Shown: positions 34,404-42,507 of the stretch, in pieces
Layout of the letters: every line of letters starts with the position of its first letter
Position numbering within the stretch: position 1 is the stretch's first letter
Virus record (IMG/VR): IMGVR_UViG_3300032321_000801
Length of the DNA stretch: 64,000 bases
From: an uncultured virus (IMG/VR IMGVR_UViG_3300032321_000801)
Lineage: Duplodnaviria; Heunggongvirae; Uroviricota; Caudoviricetes
Reading direction: 5' to 3' (one strand)
The notes under the pieces: model-generated
Seen by the model: the letters and a program-made list of their open reading frames with translations, nothing else
Databases searched by the model: none
Told to the model about the DNA's origin: nothing
Made by a program: the position numbers and the translations under genes

Positions 34404-34640
34404 CTAAAGTGGTTCGTCGCAGACATGGTCGTCCAGGTCATAGCCAGGGACAATTTCGTTGCATTCTTTACATTTAAAAAATCGAATGTCGTCATAGGAC
34501 TCAGGCATAGGCTCTGCTTGGAGGTCCGCCTGTGAGCGGGGACTTGCGCTAAAGAGTTCGGGAGGAAAGGGAGGACGCGGCGTAGCCATGCGACCCAGGG
34601 GAACTATGTTCCCCTGGGCTTTAGACCTAATCAGTGGCAT
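34404..34640 (-). CDS. Small Zn-finger protein
   Basis: 'FKCKECNEIV...LDDHVC'. Confidence 0.6.
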   Translation of the reverse strand: MPLIRSKAQGNIVPLGRMATPRPPFPPELFSASPRSQADLQAEPMPESYDDIRFFKCKECNEIVPGYDLDDHVCDEPL

Positions 34641-34644
34641 AAGC

Positions 34645-34725
34645 CTACTGACAACTCTCGCACTGGAGCGCTTCCATCGGGTCGATGGGGCAAGCGTAGC
34701 CTCCTACGGTGTCATTTTCTTTCAT
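34645..34725 (-). CDS. 26-aa peptide resembling the RNR alpha C-terminal redox tail
   Basis: Manual translation: MKENDTVGGYACPIDPMEALQCESCQ. SD AAGAGG. Confidence 0.65.
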   Translation of the reverse strand: MKENDTVGGYACPIDPMEALQCESCQ

Positions 34726-34821
34726 GTATTGATACCTCTTCCTCGGTACTGTCATTGATTTTTGGGATAGATATCAATGATAGTGGTTCGAGAAGTTAAT
34801 GCTTCTGATAACATCACAGAA

Positions 34822-35175
34822 TTACTGCGAGTTTTTAGGATTTTCTATTCCTACTTGGTTTTCAATCTTGTTGAACCGTTGTTCGCCCTCGCTGAGCCGC
34901 TTGTCAATTGAGGATATCTTGCGCTCGATACGGTCTAGAGAGTCCTTCATGGACCCTCCACCGTTCTTTTTGAATTGTCCATCTAAGTTGTTTAGGCGCT
35001 CCATTACGCCAGGTTCCTTATCGTGTCCAGGACGTTCAGCCTCGCCTGACCAGTCTCTCATAAAGACATCCCAACTCTTTGAAAATTTACGTAGTTTTTG
35101 CCATAAGGGGACAACAATTACCGCTACCGTACCGAGAGCGGTAGCGATAGTGGTAATTGTTGTCCAGAAATCCAT
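34822..35175 (-). CDS. Membrane protein of the lysis cassette
   Basis: N-terminal TM helix and 'NGGGSMKD' motif. Adjacent to holin and endolysin. Confidence 0.65.
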   Translation of the reverse strand: MDFWTTITTIATALGTVAVIVVPLWQKLRKFSKSWDVFMRDWSGEAERPGHDKEPGVMERLNNLDGQFKKNGGGSMKDSLDRIERKISSIDKRLSEGEQRFNKIENQVGIENPKNSQ

Positions 35176-35185
35176 AATGGATTAC

Positions 35186-35467
35186 TTACTGGTCGTTCTT
35201 TTCTTCAAACTTCTGGACTGCGTCCTGAACGCTCTTGGCAACGGTGGATTTGGAAGCCTTACCAGTAATGGCAATGGCGTAACCAACAGCCCCAATAACG
35301 CCGAGCATCAAGGTTCCCCAGGCAATGACAATTCCCGTAACGGGGTCACCAGTTACGAGAGAACCAACACCTGCGGCAGAACCAAGGATGAAAAGGAATA
35401 ATCCAAAACCACGCCAGATAACTTCCCAGACGACGTCCCAAACTTCTTTTACTCGTTCGATAAACAT
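35186..35467 (-). CDS. Putative holin
   Basis: 93 aa with two hydrophobic helices, directly after the endolysin. Confidence 0.6.
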   Translation of the reverse strand: MFIERVKEVWDVVWEVIWRGFGLFLFILGSAAGVGSLVTGDPVTGIVIAWGTLMLGVIGAVGYAIAITGKASKSTVAKSVQDAVQKFEEKNDQ

Positions 35468-36093
35468 TACTTACCTGCCTTTTTAGCAGCGGGCTTTACC
35501 ACGGGCGCTGCAACCTCGGCTGCAGCAGTCGGGTCCGCTACAACGACTGGCTTTCCAGTTTCGTAAGTTACCGTTGGAATAATAGGGTCTTCGGGCTTTG
35601 CCTCTACTTCGGCGGTAGCAACAGACTTTTCCCACTCAATGAGGTGTTGGAAAAACTTTACAGGCTCAATGTATCCCGCACCCGTTGCGTTCCACGTGTG
35701 AACTTTGCCTTTATGGAGTTCCCAATGAAGGTGCTTACCCGTCGACATACCTGTCGAACCCATCTTGCCAAGTCGAGTTCCTGCCGTAACTTTTTGTCCA
35801 ACCTTAACTCGTACTGAGCCGTCCGCCATGTGCGCGTACAGGGTTGTGTACCACTTGTCTTTAATTTTGTGTCGAAGCGTTACCGAGTTACCAAACCCAG
35901 CGGGGTTGTTTCCAACTCCAATAACTTTTCCGTCATAGGGGGCTTCAATCCAGCAGGGTTCATTTCCCGACCAAATGTCAGTACCATTGTGGTGCTTTTT
36001 TGTTTTTGTGACGGGGTGGATACGCCAACCCATCGTGGATGTTACCTTCCAGCCTTTTCCAGGCTTTCCGTCGATTGCATACTGTGCAGTCAT
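35467..36093 (-). CDS. Endolysin, M23 peptidase
   Basis: 'HNGTD', 'YAHM', 'STGKHLHWE'. Confidence 0.85.
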   Translation of the reverse strand: MTAQYAIDGKPGKGWKVTSTMGWRIHPVTKTKKHHNGTDIWSGNEPCWIEAPYDGKVIGVGNNPAGFGNSVTLRHKIKDKWYTTLYAHMADGSVRVKVGQKVTAGTRLGKMGSTGMSTGKHLHWELHKGKVHTWNATGAGYIEPVKFFQHLIEWEKSVATAEVEAKPEDPIIPTVTYETGKPVVVADPTAAAEVAAPVVKPAAKKAGK

Positions 36094-36121
36094 TTAGATT
36101 CCTTAATCTATTTTTTGTGGG

Positions 36122-36346
36122 CTATCTAGTGAACCCGTCGCGTCTACGGACAGCGATGTTTGTCAGATTGCTTCCACCATTAACAGATTCACCTTGAACC
36201 CCACGACCAGGTCGTGCATAACTGAGAACTGACTGCTGCTCGTTTGACATCGGGTGTTGTTGTCTAATGTGGGGAGCGAAGTGGTGTGAGAGTACGTTCT
36301 GCGTTAAAAGGTTGCGGTTGCGCGGCAACATCGATGGAACATACAT
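36122..36346 (-). CDS. Hypothetical protein (probably leaderless)
   Basis: TACACT 6 nt before the ATG of MYVPSML. An alternative start exists at 36439. Confidence 0.5.
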   Translation of the reverse strand: MYVPSMLPRNRNLLTQNVLSHHFAPHIRQQHPMSNEQQSVLSYARPGRGVQGESVNGGSNLTNIAVRRRDGFTR

Positions 36347-36458
36347 ATAAATAGTGTACCTAAATACGCGGCGTGTCGAATAGTCTACTTTGACAAGTTT
36401 GTGTGTTAGCATTGACTTGTTCGATAATGGTTGTCTCATCGTTCACCTCCTTTCGGCT

Positions 36459-36499
36459 GAAATCCCCCCTGCGTGTCGCGTAGGGGGGATTTCTTTGTT
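36459..36499 (+). terminator. Rho-independent terminator
   Basis: GAAATCCCCCCTGCG/CGTAGGGGGGATTTC stem followed by TTTGTT. Confidence 0.75.
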
Positions 36500-36521
36500 G
36501 TGTTATTCTTTTTTGTATGAA

Positions 36522-36592
36522 GCCCTTGATGACGGATTCTTACGCGGGTCTTCTAAACCTGTAGTCCCAGTTCGACTCTGGGCAGGGGCACC
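36522..36592 (+). tRNA. tRNA-Arg (anticodon TCT), atypical D-arm
   Basis: Acceptor GCCCTTG/CAGGGGC. Anticodon arm CGGGT-CTTCTAA-ACCTG. T-arm CCCAG-TTCGACT-CTGGG. Confidence 0.75.
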
Positions 36593-36603
36593 GAGAGGAA
36601 ATA

Positions 36604-36765
36604 ATGGAAGATAAATTTAAAGAAGCAATACAATTTGCTACTGAACTTGGGAAGGTAAAAGAACGTAACCGCGTTCTTAAACTTTTGATTCAGTACAAAG
36701 ACGCGGGCTGGATTGATGGCGCTACTGCGTCTCTTTTGTCTGAAGACATTTGTGTGGACGACTAA
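36604..36765 (+). CDS. Hypothetical protein
   Basis: Manual translation: MEDKFKEAIQF... SD GAGGA and TAATG coupling. Confidence 0.55.
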   Translation: MEDKFKEAIQFATELGKVKERNRVLKLLIQYKDAGWIDGATASLLSEDICVDD

Positions 36766-36980
36766 TGGGACACGACCACGCAGGAGAATCAATATGGCAA
36801 GCAGCCTGGGAAGTGTTTAGCGACCCAGCGCACATCTTTGCCGAGTTGGGGTGGACAATCATCCAAGACGGAATTGTAATTTGGTTGCTTTACGGAATTG
36901 TTTTTAAGAAATTGATTTTGCCCAAGTTGCGTAAAGACATTCATCATGAGATTGACAAAGAACATGGAATTGAGCACTAA
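36765..36980 (+). CDS. Small membrane protein
   Basis: One TM helix and a His-rich tail 'DIHHEIDKEHGIEH'. Confidence 0.6.
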   Translation: MGHDHAGESIWQAAWEVFSDPAHIFAELGWTIIQDGIVIWLLYGIVFKKLILPKLRKDIHHEIDKEHGIEH

Positions 36981-36992
36981 AGGAACCGACTG

Positions 36993-37178
36993 ATGACCCC
37001 AGAACAAATATACGACTTTGCAAAATACGTGCGAAAAGAAGAACGTGACCGTATACTTGCGTTACTTGACTCGGAACACAGTGAGTTTACTACGCAACAT
37101 CAAGCAGATAAGAAAGCCCACGTAGACGACTGTTTTGCGTGTCTTGCCATTGAACTTATCAAAGGAGAGGAAAAATGA
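36993..37178 (+). CDS. Hypothetical protein
   Basis: 'EERDRILALL...CFACLAIELIKGE'. Confidence 0.6.
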   Translation: MTPEQIYDFAKYVRKEERDRILALLDSEHSEFTTQHQADKKAHVDDCFACLAIELIKGEEK

Positions 37179-37327
37179 ACTACGAAGACGACCCAACATA
37201 CATCGGTGACTACGACGACTCTTGTGCCCAGTGCGGAGCAGAGCAATCTATCGCTGTACACGAACGCCAGGTGTATTGGTTCTGCGGTTGGTGTGAGTAT
37301 GAAAACGAGGTAAGCCAAGTTGACTAA
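37175..37327 (+). CDS. Small Zn-ribbon protein
   Basis: Manual translation with CAQC...CGWC. SD GGAGAGG. Confidence 0.55.
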   Translation: MNYEDDPTYIGDYDDSCAQCGAEQSIAVHERQVYWFCGWCEYENEVSQVD

Positions 37328-37562
37328 CGACAAGACGCCCGCAGAAACTAAGTGGGAGCAAGTCCAACTGGACTGCGCCAAGGCTTGGGCAAACCTCGAC
37401 ATTGCAGTTGAATTTGTTGAAAACAACAAATCTGAGTTGACTGACGAACAATACGCTGAGGTCAAGGCAAAGATTGAGGAACAGCAAGAGATGATTCAAA
37501 ACACTTTGCTTGAAGGCAAGGCTGAATACCTTGCAGAAATAAACAAAACTACTGTAGAGTAG
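37320..37562 (+). CDS. Hypothetical protein
   Basis: 80 aa helical, acidic ORF in the operon. Confidence 0.6.
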   Translation: MTNDKTPAETKWEQVQLDCAKAWANLDIAVEFVENNKSELTDEQYAEVKAKIEEQQEMIQNTLLEGKAEYLAEINKTTVE

Positions 37563-37571
37563 GGATTAAAG

Positions 37572-37653
37572 GGACTGACGTGACCACATGCGGTGGCACA
37601 CGGCGACAGGGGAGAAGTGTAGCCCCTGGAGGTGCGAATCCTCACAGTCCACG
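37572..37653 (+). ncRNA. tRNA-like cloverleaf RNA without a canonical anticodon arm
   Basis: GGACTG/CAGTCC closing stem, three internal hairpins, T-like loop GAGG-TGCGAAT-CCTC. Confidence 0.55.
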
Positions 37654-38075
37654 TGACTTATACACAAGACGGCTACCAGCCTAAATTTGACCATGACTTC
37701 TCACGAGGCAAGGTTGGCGAGAATCTCGTCGACACGTTCTTGCATGCCCTTGAGGGCGGTTCTGTCGAAGTTAAGACAGATTACCGTGTGCCTGAGACGG
37801 GTAACTTTTACATCGAGTTTGAACAGTGGAGCCAAGGCGCTAACCCTAAGCCTTCAGGCATTGTTACCTCTGAGGCTACCTACTGGGTAATCGCGTCCCC
37901 CGACGGCACTGGCGGGTTCATGGTCGAAACTGAATGGCTCCGTGACCTTGTGCTTGAAGGACCCCGCGTATTCCGCATTGGTGAGCAGGGAATCGCTAAC
38001 GGAAATACAAACGGCTCTCGCGGGTATCTCGTTCCTGTAGATTACATTTACCAAAAACTCAAACTTCTTAAGTAA
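37653..38075 (+). CDS. Putative PD-(D/E)xK-like nuclease
   Basis: 'KFDHDFSRGKVGE...VEVKTD...TGNFYIE...PSGI..SEATYW'. Confidence 0.6.
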   Translation: MTYTQDGYQPKFDHDFSRGKVGENLVDTFLHALEGGSVEVKTDYRVPETGNFYIEFEQWSQGANPKPSGIVTSEATYWVIASPDGTGGFMVETEWLRDLVLEGPRVFRIGEQGIANGNTNGSRGYLVPVDYIYQKLKLLK

Positions 38076-38078
38076 CAG

Positions 38079-38111
38079 AAAACCCCCCACATTACTGTAG
38101 GGGGTTCTTTG
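38079..38111. terminator. Bidirectional terminator between convergent genes
   Basis: AAAACCCCCCACA...TGTAGGGGGTTCTTT. Confidence 0.65.
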
Positions 38112-38119
38112 TTTAAAGA

Positions 38120-38308
38120 TTACTCAGCGTCTTCTGCTGCGTCCTCTTCGTCTGCTTCGATGTCGTCCGACTCGTCGTCGGCGTCTTCGTCTGCGTCAAC
38201 CTCGTCGAGTTCAACTTCCTCGATTTCAGCCTCTTCGACCTCTTCGACCTCTACGGTCTCTTCGGTCTCGTCAATTTCGACCTCTACGGTCTCGTCGATT
38301 TCTGACAT
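38120..38308 (-). CDS. Extremely acidic small protein
   Basis: 37 of 62 residues are D/E and none are K/R. SD GAGAGGA. Confidence 0.65.
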   Translation of the reverse strand: MSEIDETVEVEIDETEETVEVEEVEEAEIEEVELDEVDADEDADDESDDIEADEEDAAEDAE

Positions 38309-38406
38309 GGGTGATTCCTCTCATATGGGGGATAAGTACTACAGAGAAACACTATCAACAATACCTGTCTAAAGTTGGTTAACTTTAGGTTAATTATTTC
38401 TACCCA

Positions 38407-38613
38407 TTACAGTTTCTTCACATTCGTTCGGTGCATGGTGACATTATTAGTCGCCCTGACGTCTGAGTTTTGCCACGTCCAGCACTCGCCAGTTTCATCT
38501 TGAAAACATACCCATTGGATGTTGTGCTCTGGTCCCATGTCAATGAGAAAATGCGCTAGAGCAGACCCTTTGGGCGTGTAGAACGGCAACGGAGGATTAA
38601 GTTGGATAATCAC
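38407..38613 (-). CDS. Hypothetical protein
   Basis: 'QLNPPLP..TPKG.ALAHFLID.GPEH...WVCFQDETGECWTW.N' conserved-looking phage motif. Confidence 0.7.
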   Translation of the reverse strand: MIIQLNPPLPFYTPKGSALAHFLIDMGPEHNIQWVCFQDETGECWTWQNSDVRATNNVTMHRTNVKKL

Positions 38614-38627
38614 CCTTTAAGGTTACC

Positions 38628-39608
38628 TTACTTAGTCGCTCCGTTAACCTCATACGAGGTGTTAGTGCTCTCGAAGAAGTTAACCAACTGCAAAGTGTCG
38701 TTAGCCGTAGCCATCCATTTAGCGGGGTTGCCGACGTTGTAGTGTGCTCCAAAACCGAGTTCTTCGAGACGACGGTCAGCGATGTACTTGGTGTAGGTGC
38801 TGATGTACTCCGCGTTGAGACCGAGGATGCCGTTGGGAAGCATAGCCTTGTTGTACTCACTCTCCATGTCTACAGCGTCGAGAATCATCATCTTGACCTC
38901 ACCCACGAACTCAGGCGTGACAATCTCTGGGTTTTCTTCCAACACCGTGAGGATGAGGTTGATTCCGAACTTGAGGTGGAGCGACTCGTCGCGAACTATC
39001 CAGTCCACGAGCGAACCGAAGTTACGAAGAAGGTTGCGCTGACGGAACGACAAAGCGACCATGAATCCCGTGTAGAACCAGATACCCTCCATAATGACGC
39101 TGTACGCAATGAGATTACGGACGAAATCCTGCTTGCCCTCAACCGTAGTGATGTCAAGGCGCTCGTCGGACATGCGCTTGATGAACTTGACTTCGAACTC
39201 TTCCTTCGCGGCAATCGCGGGGTGCTCGACGTGCTGGGCGTAAATCTTATCGCGGTCTACGGGGAACGTCTCTAAGACGTATTCAAACGACATGCAGTGG
39301 TTGGCTTCTTCCCACATCTGCTTGGCGAGGTACAGGTGCGTCTCTGCTGCGTTCAAATAGGGGTAGACACCAAATGCTAGTGCCTTGTTAACAATGAGTT
39401 CAGAGGGGTTAAAGAAGGACATCAGGAACGTGATGGCGTGTTGTTCCTCGTCGGACATCCTTTTAAAGTCTGCAATGTCTTCGCCTAATTGAATTTCGTT
39501 GGGGAACCAGGTGTTGGCTACTGCCTGGTTATACAGGTCCATTGCCCATTGGTAGCGGATTGGTTTGAGGAGGAGTCCATCTTGGATTCCAGTTCCGAGA
39601 ATTGCCAT
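38628..39608 (-). CDS. nrdB: Ribonucleotide reductase beta subunit, class Ic-like
   Basis: Ferritin-like ligands 'PSELIV', 'EEANH', 'MEGIWFY', 'RDESLH'. C-terminal 'NFFE...Y'. Confidence 0.92.
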   Translation of the reverse strand: MAILGTGIQDGLLLKPIRYQWAMDLYNQAVANTWFPNEIQLGEDIADFKRMSDEEQHAITFLMSFFNPSELIVNKALAFGVYPYLNAAETHLYLAKQMWEEANHCMSFEYVLETFPVDRDKIYAQHVEHPAIAAKEEFEVKFIKRMSDERLDITTVEGKQDFVRNLIAYSVIMEGIWFYTGFMVALSFRQRNLLRNFGSLVDWIVRDESLHLKFGINLILTVLEENPEIVTPEFVGEVKMMILDAVDMESEYNKAMLPNGILGLNAEYISTYTKYIADRRLEELGFGAHYNVGNPAKWMATANDTLQLVNFFESTNTSYEVNGATK

Positions 39609-39731
39609 GTTACATCTCTTTCTATGCTTAAAATTGGAAGGATTTCTAGAGTACCAAAGTAACTCAACATACCCGTCTAATAACAACGAATACTTTGCAT
39701 TGATTAAACTTTTCTTGGTAAGATTGATAAT

Positions 39732-40442
39732 ATGAGCGAGTACGAAGAGGACGTCTATTACGTTCCGTTGTACGCATCTTTGTGGGGCGTCAAAGACAAG
39801 TTTGAAAAAGACCTTGAATTAGAACCAATTACTCAGGAAGAAGAAGAACCAATGCCAGAACCTATTGAAGAAGTTACTGTTACGCCTGAGGAGGCTATCG
39901 CAGTGCCCGCACCTGTTAAAACAAGTACCGCTAAACAACGTGCCAAAGACCAGCGTTTATCGCGCTTTGAACGTCAAGAGGCTATTCGTGCACCAAAAGT
40001 TCAGATTGACCAGAAGATTGTTCTCTGGCTTTGGGTAACAGGTATTGGCGTTGCCTTTATTGCGTCAGCCTTAGTTTCTTTTAACGGAATTACTGCGGTT
40101 GCAGAGTTTGTTGGGCTGTCCCAGCCCTGGATGAGTAGCCTGTTCTTCTTCTTTATCGAGTTAATGTACCTTCTTTTCTTAGTCGCGTATCTTCTCCTTT
40201 CGTCTCGCGTTACTCAAGACGGCAAAAAAGAACGAACTTTTGGTGCCATTGTTGGCATGCTGGCTTTTGGTGCAATCGCTGTTTTTGCTAACGGATTCCA
40301 CACTCTTGATTTTTGGAATTACAACATTACTGAACCCCGTATGTGGGCGGGACTCGTCCTCAGCATGAGCGCTCCCATTGCCATTATTTCGGCAAGCAAG
40401 ATGGCAAGCCGCGTAGTATTTGCTGAAGCAATTACTGTGTAA
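39732..40442 (+). CDS. Multi-pass membrane protein (DUF2637-like)
   Basis: Four hydrophobic helices after an acidic N-terminus. Confidence 0.6.
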   Translation: MSEYEEDVYYVPLYASLWGVKDKFEKDLELEPITQEEEEPMPEPIEEVTVTPEEAIAVPAPVKTSTAKQRAKDQRLSRFERQEAIRAPKVQIDQKIVLWLWVTGIGVAFIASALVSFNGITAVAEFVGLSQPWMSSLFFFFIELMYLLFLVAYLLLSSRVTQDGKKERTFGAIVGMLAFGAIAVFANGFHTLDFWNYNITEPRMWAGLVLSMSAPIAIISASKMASRVVFAEAITV

Positions 40443-40493
40443 GTAAAAGCCCCCCAGGAGGTTATCCTGAGGGGCTATATTCCTTGTCGGAAC

Positions 40494-40697
40494 TTACTTC
40501 GTCGGTACGTGCTTTGCAGCAAGCAGCGTCGAAACCAGCGCACCTACAACGGTGACGGTGTTGAGCACGTCCTGAACGACAAGGATGACCTCATCGGCAG
40601 TCCCTTGAGTGAACAGTCCGAGGGCTACTGCCGACGTAACTACACCCGTGGTAACGCGGTAAATGAACAAACGACGTTCTGGTGTGAACCAGTCCAT
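40494..40697 (-). CDS. Holin-like membrane protein
   Basis: 'FTPERRLFIYRV...LAAKHVP' with two TM segments. Confidence 0.6.
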   Translation of the reverse strand: MDWFTPERRLFIYRVTTGVVTSAVALGLFTQGTADEVILVVQDVLNTVTVVGALVSTLLAAKHVPTK

Positions 40698-40819
40698 GTG
40701 TTTTCTCCTTAGTTAGTGAACTGTCTCAGTATATGGGGTTTGTACTTTGGCTACTGCCCTAATTTTTACTTTTTAAAAATATGTGCTAATGTTGTTTTTA
40801 TGTGGAAAGGAGAATAAAC

Positions 40820-41296
40820 ATGACTACTACTGAAAACAAAGAATTCCACGTTACATACGATTTTGTAAAGAAATCACTTACCCCCGCATTGAAACTCACG
40901 AAGTTGCGTAAGCACCCTTACCGCTACCAGGCTTCCGTGGGTCCAGGGCAGGGCAAACTGAACATCCACGCTATTCACGAAGTTACGGGCGATGTCGTCG
41001 GTGAAATCAACTGGTTTGCCGAAGACGGATTCGTAATGTGGCTGGGAGTCGATGAAAAGCACCGTGCTTTTGGTCACACCTGTCTTCGCCTTCTCATGGA
41101 GGCGTGGGAGTTTGCCAACAATAACGGCTACGTAGGACCTCAGGGTTCAGATGATTTGACAAACTTTAGTCGGATGCTGATGCGTCGTTGGATTCCTGAC
41201 TCGCCTTACCTTAAGTCTCCTAAGTATCTGGAGCGCTGGGGAGAAAAGGACCGTCTTATGGACAAACTCTTTGGAAAAACACAGGCTACTGCCTAA
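40820..41296 (+). CDS. GNAT-like paralog 1 (no Zn clasp, inverted orientation)
   Basis: 'VVGEINW...GFVMWLGVDEKHRAFG..LRLLMEAW...GP..SDDLTNFS'. Confidence 0.7.
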   Translation: MTTTENKEFHVTYDFVKKSLTPALKLTKLRKHPYRYQASVGPGQGKLNIHAIHEVTGDVVGEINWFAEDGFVMWLGVDEKHRAFGHTCLRLLMEAWEFANNNGYVGPQGSDDLTNFSRMLMRRWIPDSPYLKSPKYLERWGEKDRLMDKLFGKTQATA

Positions 41297-41297
41297 C

Positions 41298-41330
41298 TAA
41301 TAAAGCCCCTCACATGAGGGGCTTTATTAT
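41298..41330. terminator. Bidirectional terminator
   Basis: TAATAAAGCCCCTCA-CA-TGAGGGGCTTTATTA between convergent genes. Confidence 0.8.
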
Positions 41331-42505
41331 TAGCGACAATGTGGACAGCGCAAAACTTGTCTAACTAAAAGATTGTGTACCGAACCGTCATCAGACTCTT
41401 CTGGGTTTACGTAGATGGCACCCTCATGTTGAGTCAACCGACGGTCGACGCCGCGTAATGAACGAGTAAAAGTTTGGTGACCCAAGGGATGCGCCAATCC
41501 TTCATGCGCCATAGACGACACAGTAAACTGTAGCGGTTCATCCAACTTTTCAGTAACTGCGTTAGAAATATCCCGAAGAGAATCGGGACTGCCTAGTTCT
41601 TGGTGGGACCTAATGTAAGGGATTCTTGCCGTGGTTACGGTCATTTGATGGTTGTTACACACCGCACATAGACCGTCTTCATTTGTTGGAATTCTTAATT
41701 CGCCATCGGTTGGTTTTCTGCCAATAATTTCTGAAAATGATTTTGGTAAAATAGATGGAACTACAAGGGGTGCCGCTCTCCAAGAACGCCCGTCGTCGAA
41801 TTGCGATTCAGTTTGTTCTTGAGAAAAACGCGATAATGCGTCCCTACGCTGTGCATCTACCACTTCCGAATAAGTTGAATCACTATTAGGAATAGGGGTT
41901 GGTTCGCGTCTACGTATTGTTCTTGCCGTAATCGCTGCGTCTTCTACCGCCTCGTTTGCACCAATGGTAACACGGTTCAATCGAACGGCGGCGTTTTGGA
42001 CCACAGTGGAAGGTGAAGGGAAATCTCCGTAACCCCACGTGTGACCCTGCCTTCTTTCTAATTCGGGGGGTGTAAACCTGTCCGAAATTTCGCTATCAAC
42101 ATTAACTCTGTCCCGAAGCGCATCACCTACTATTGCGTTGCCAAGTCTGTTTGACGGAGTACCTGGGTTGTCATTGGCAGTACCATGAACGGGTCCAGCC
42201 ACGTTCATCATAGAGGCGGTTTTCCACGAATCGTGAAGTAGCCTTCCAAAGTTTGTTCCACCCAAACGGTGAGACGGGTCAATTTCCGTAGAAATTATTT
42301 GTCCAGAGTGAGGCGACCATGCAATGTGCCCAACTTCTTCTCCCGTAGCGGAATGAACAAGAGTGGTTTTAGCGAATGAACGACCCTCAAACCTCGTGTA
42401 AGCGCTGTACTTATCCGCGCTTTTTTGCATCATTTCGTCTGGGTAAATGGTTGACAATCGCTCCCGCGCTGCTGCGTAATCTTTTTCTAAAGGAAGTTCA
42501 GGCAT
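41330..42505 (-). CDS. GNAT-like / Zn-clasp paralog 2
   Basis: 'EVGHIAW...IDPSHRLGG..GRLLHDSW...AGP'. CAVC...CPHC. Confidence 0.7.
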   Translation of the reverse strand: MPELPLEKDYAAARERLSTIYPDEMMQKSADKYSAYTRFEGRSFAKTTLVHSATGEEVGHIAWSPHSGQIISTEIDPSHRLGGTNFGRLLHDSWKTASMMNVAGPVHGTANDNPGTPSNRLGNAIVGDALRDRVNVDSEISDRFTPPELERRQGHTWGYGDFPSPSTVVQNAAVRLNRVTIGANEAVEDAAITARTIRRREPTPIPNSDSTYSEVVDAQRRDALSRFSQEQTESQFDDGRSWRAAPLVVPSILPKSFSEIIGRKPTDGELRIPTNEDGLCAVCNNHQMTVTTARIPYIRSHQELGSPDSLRDISNAVTEKLDEPLQFTVSSMAHEGLAHPLGHQTFTRSLRGVDRRLTQHEGAIYVNPEESDDGSVHNLLVRQVLRCPHCR

Positions 42506-42507
42506 AG

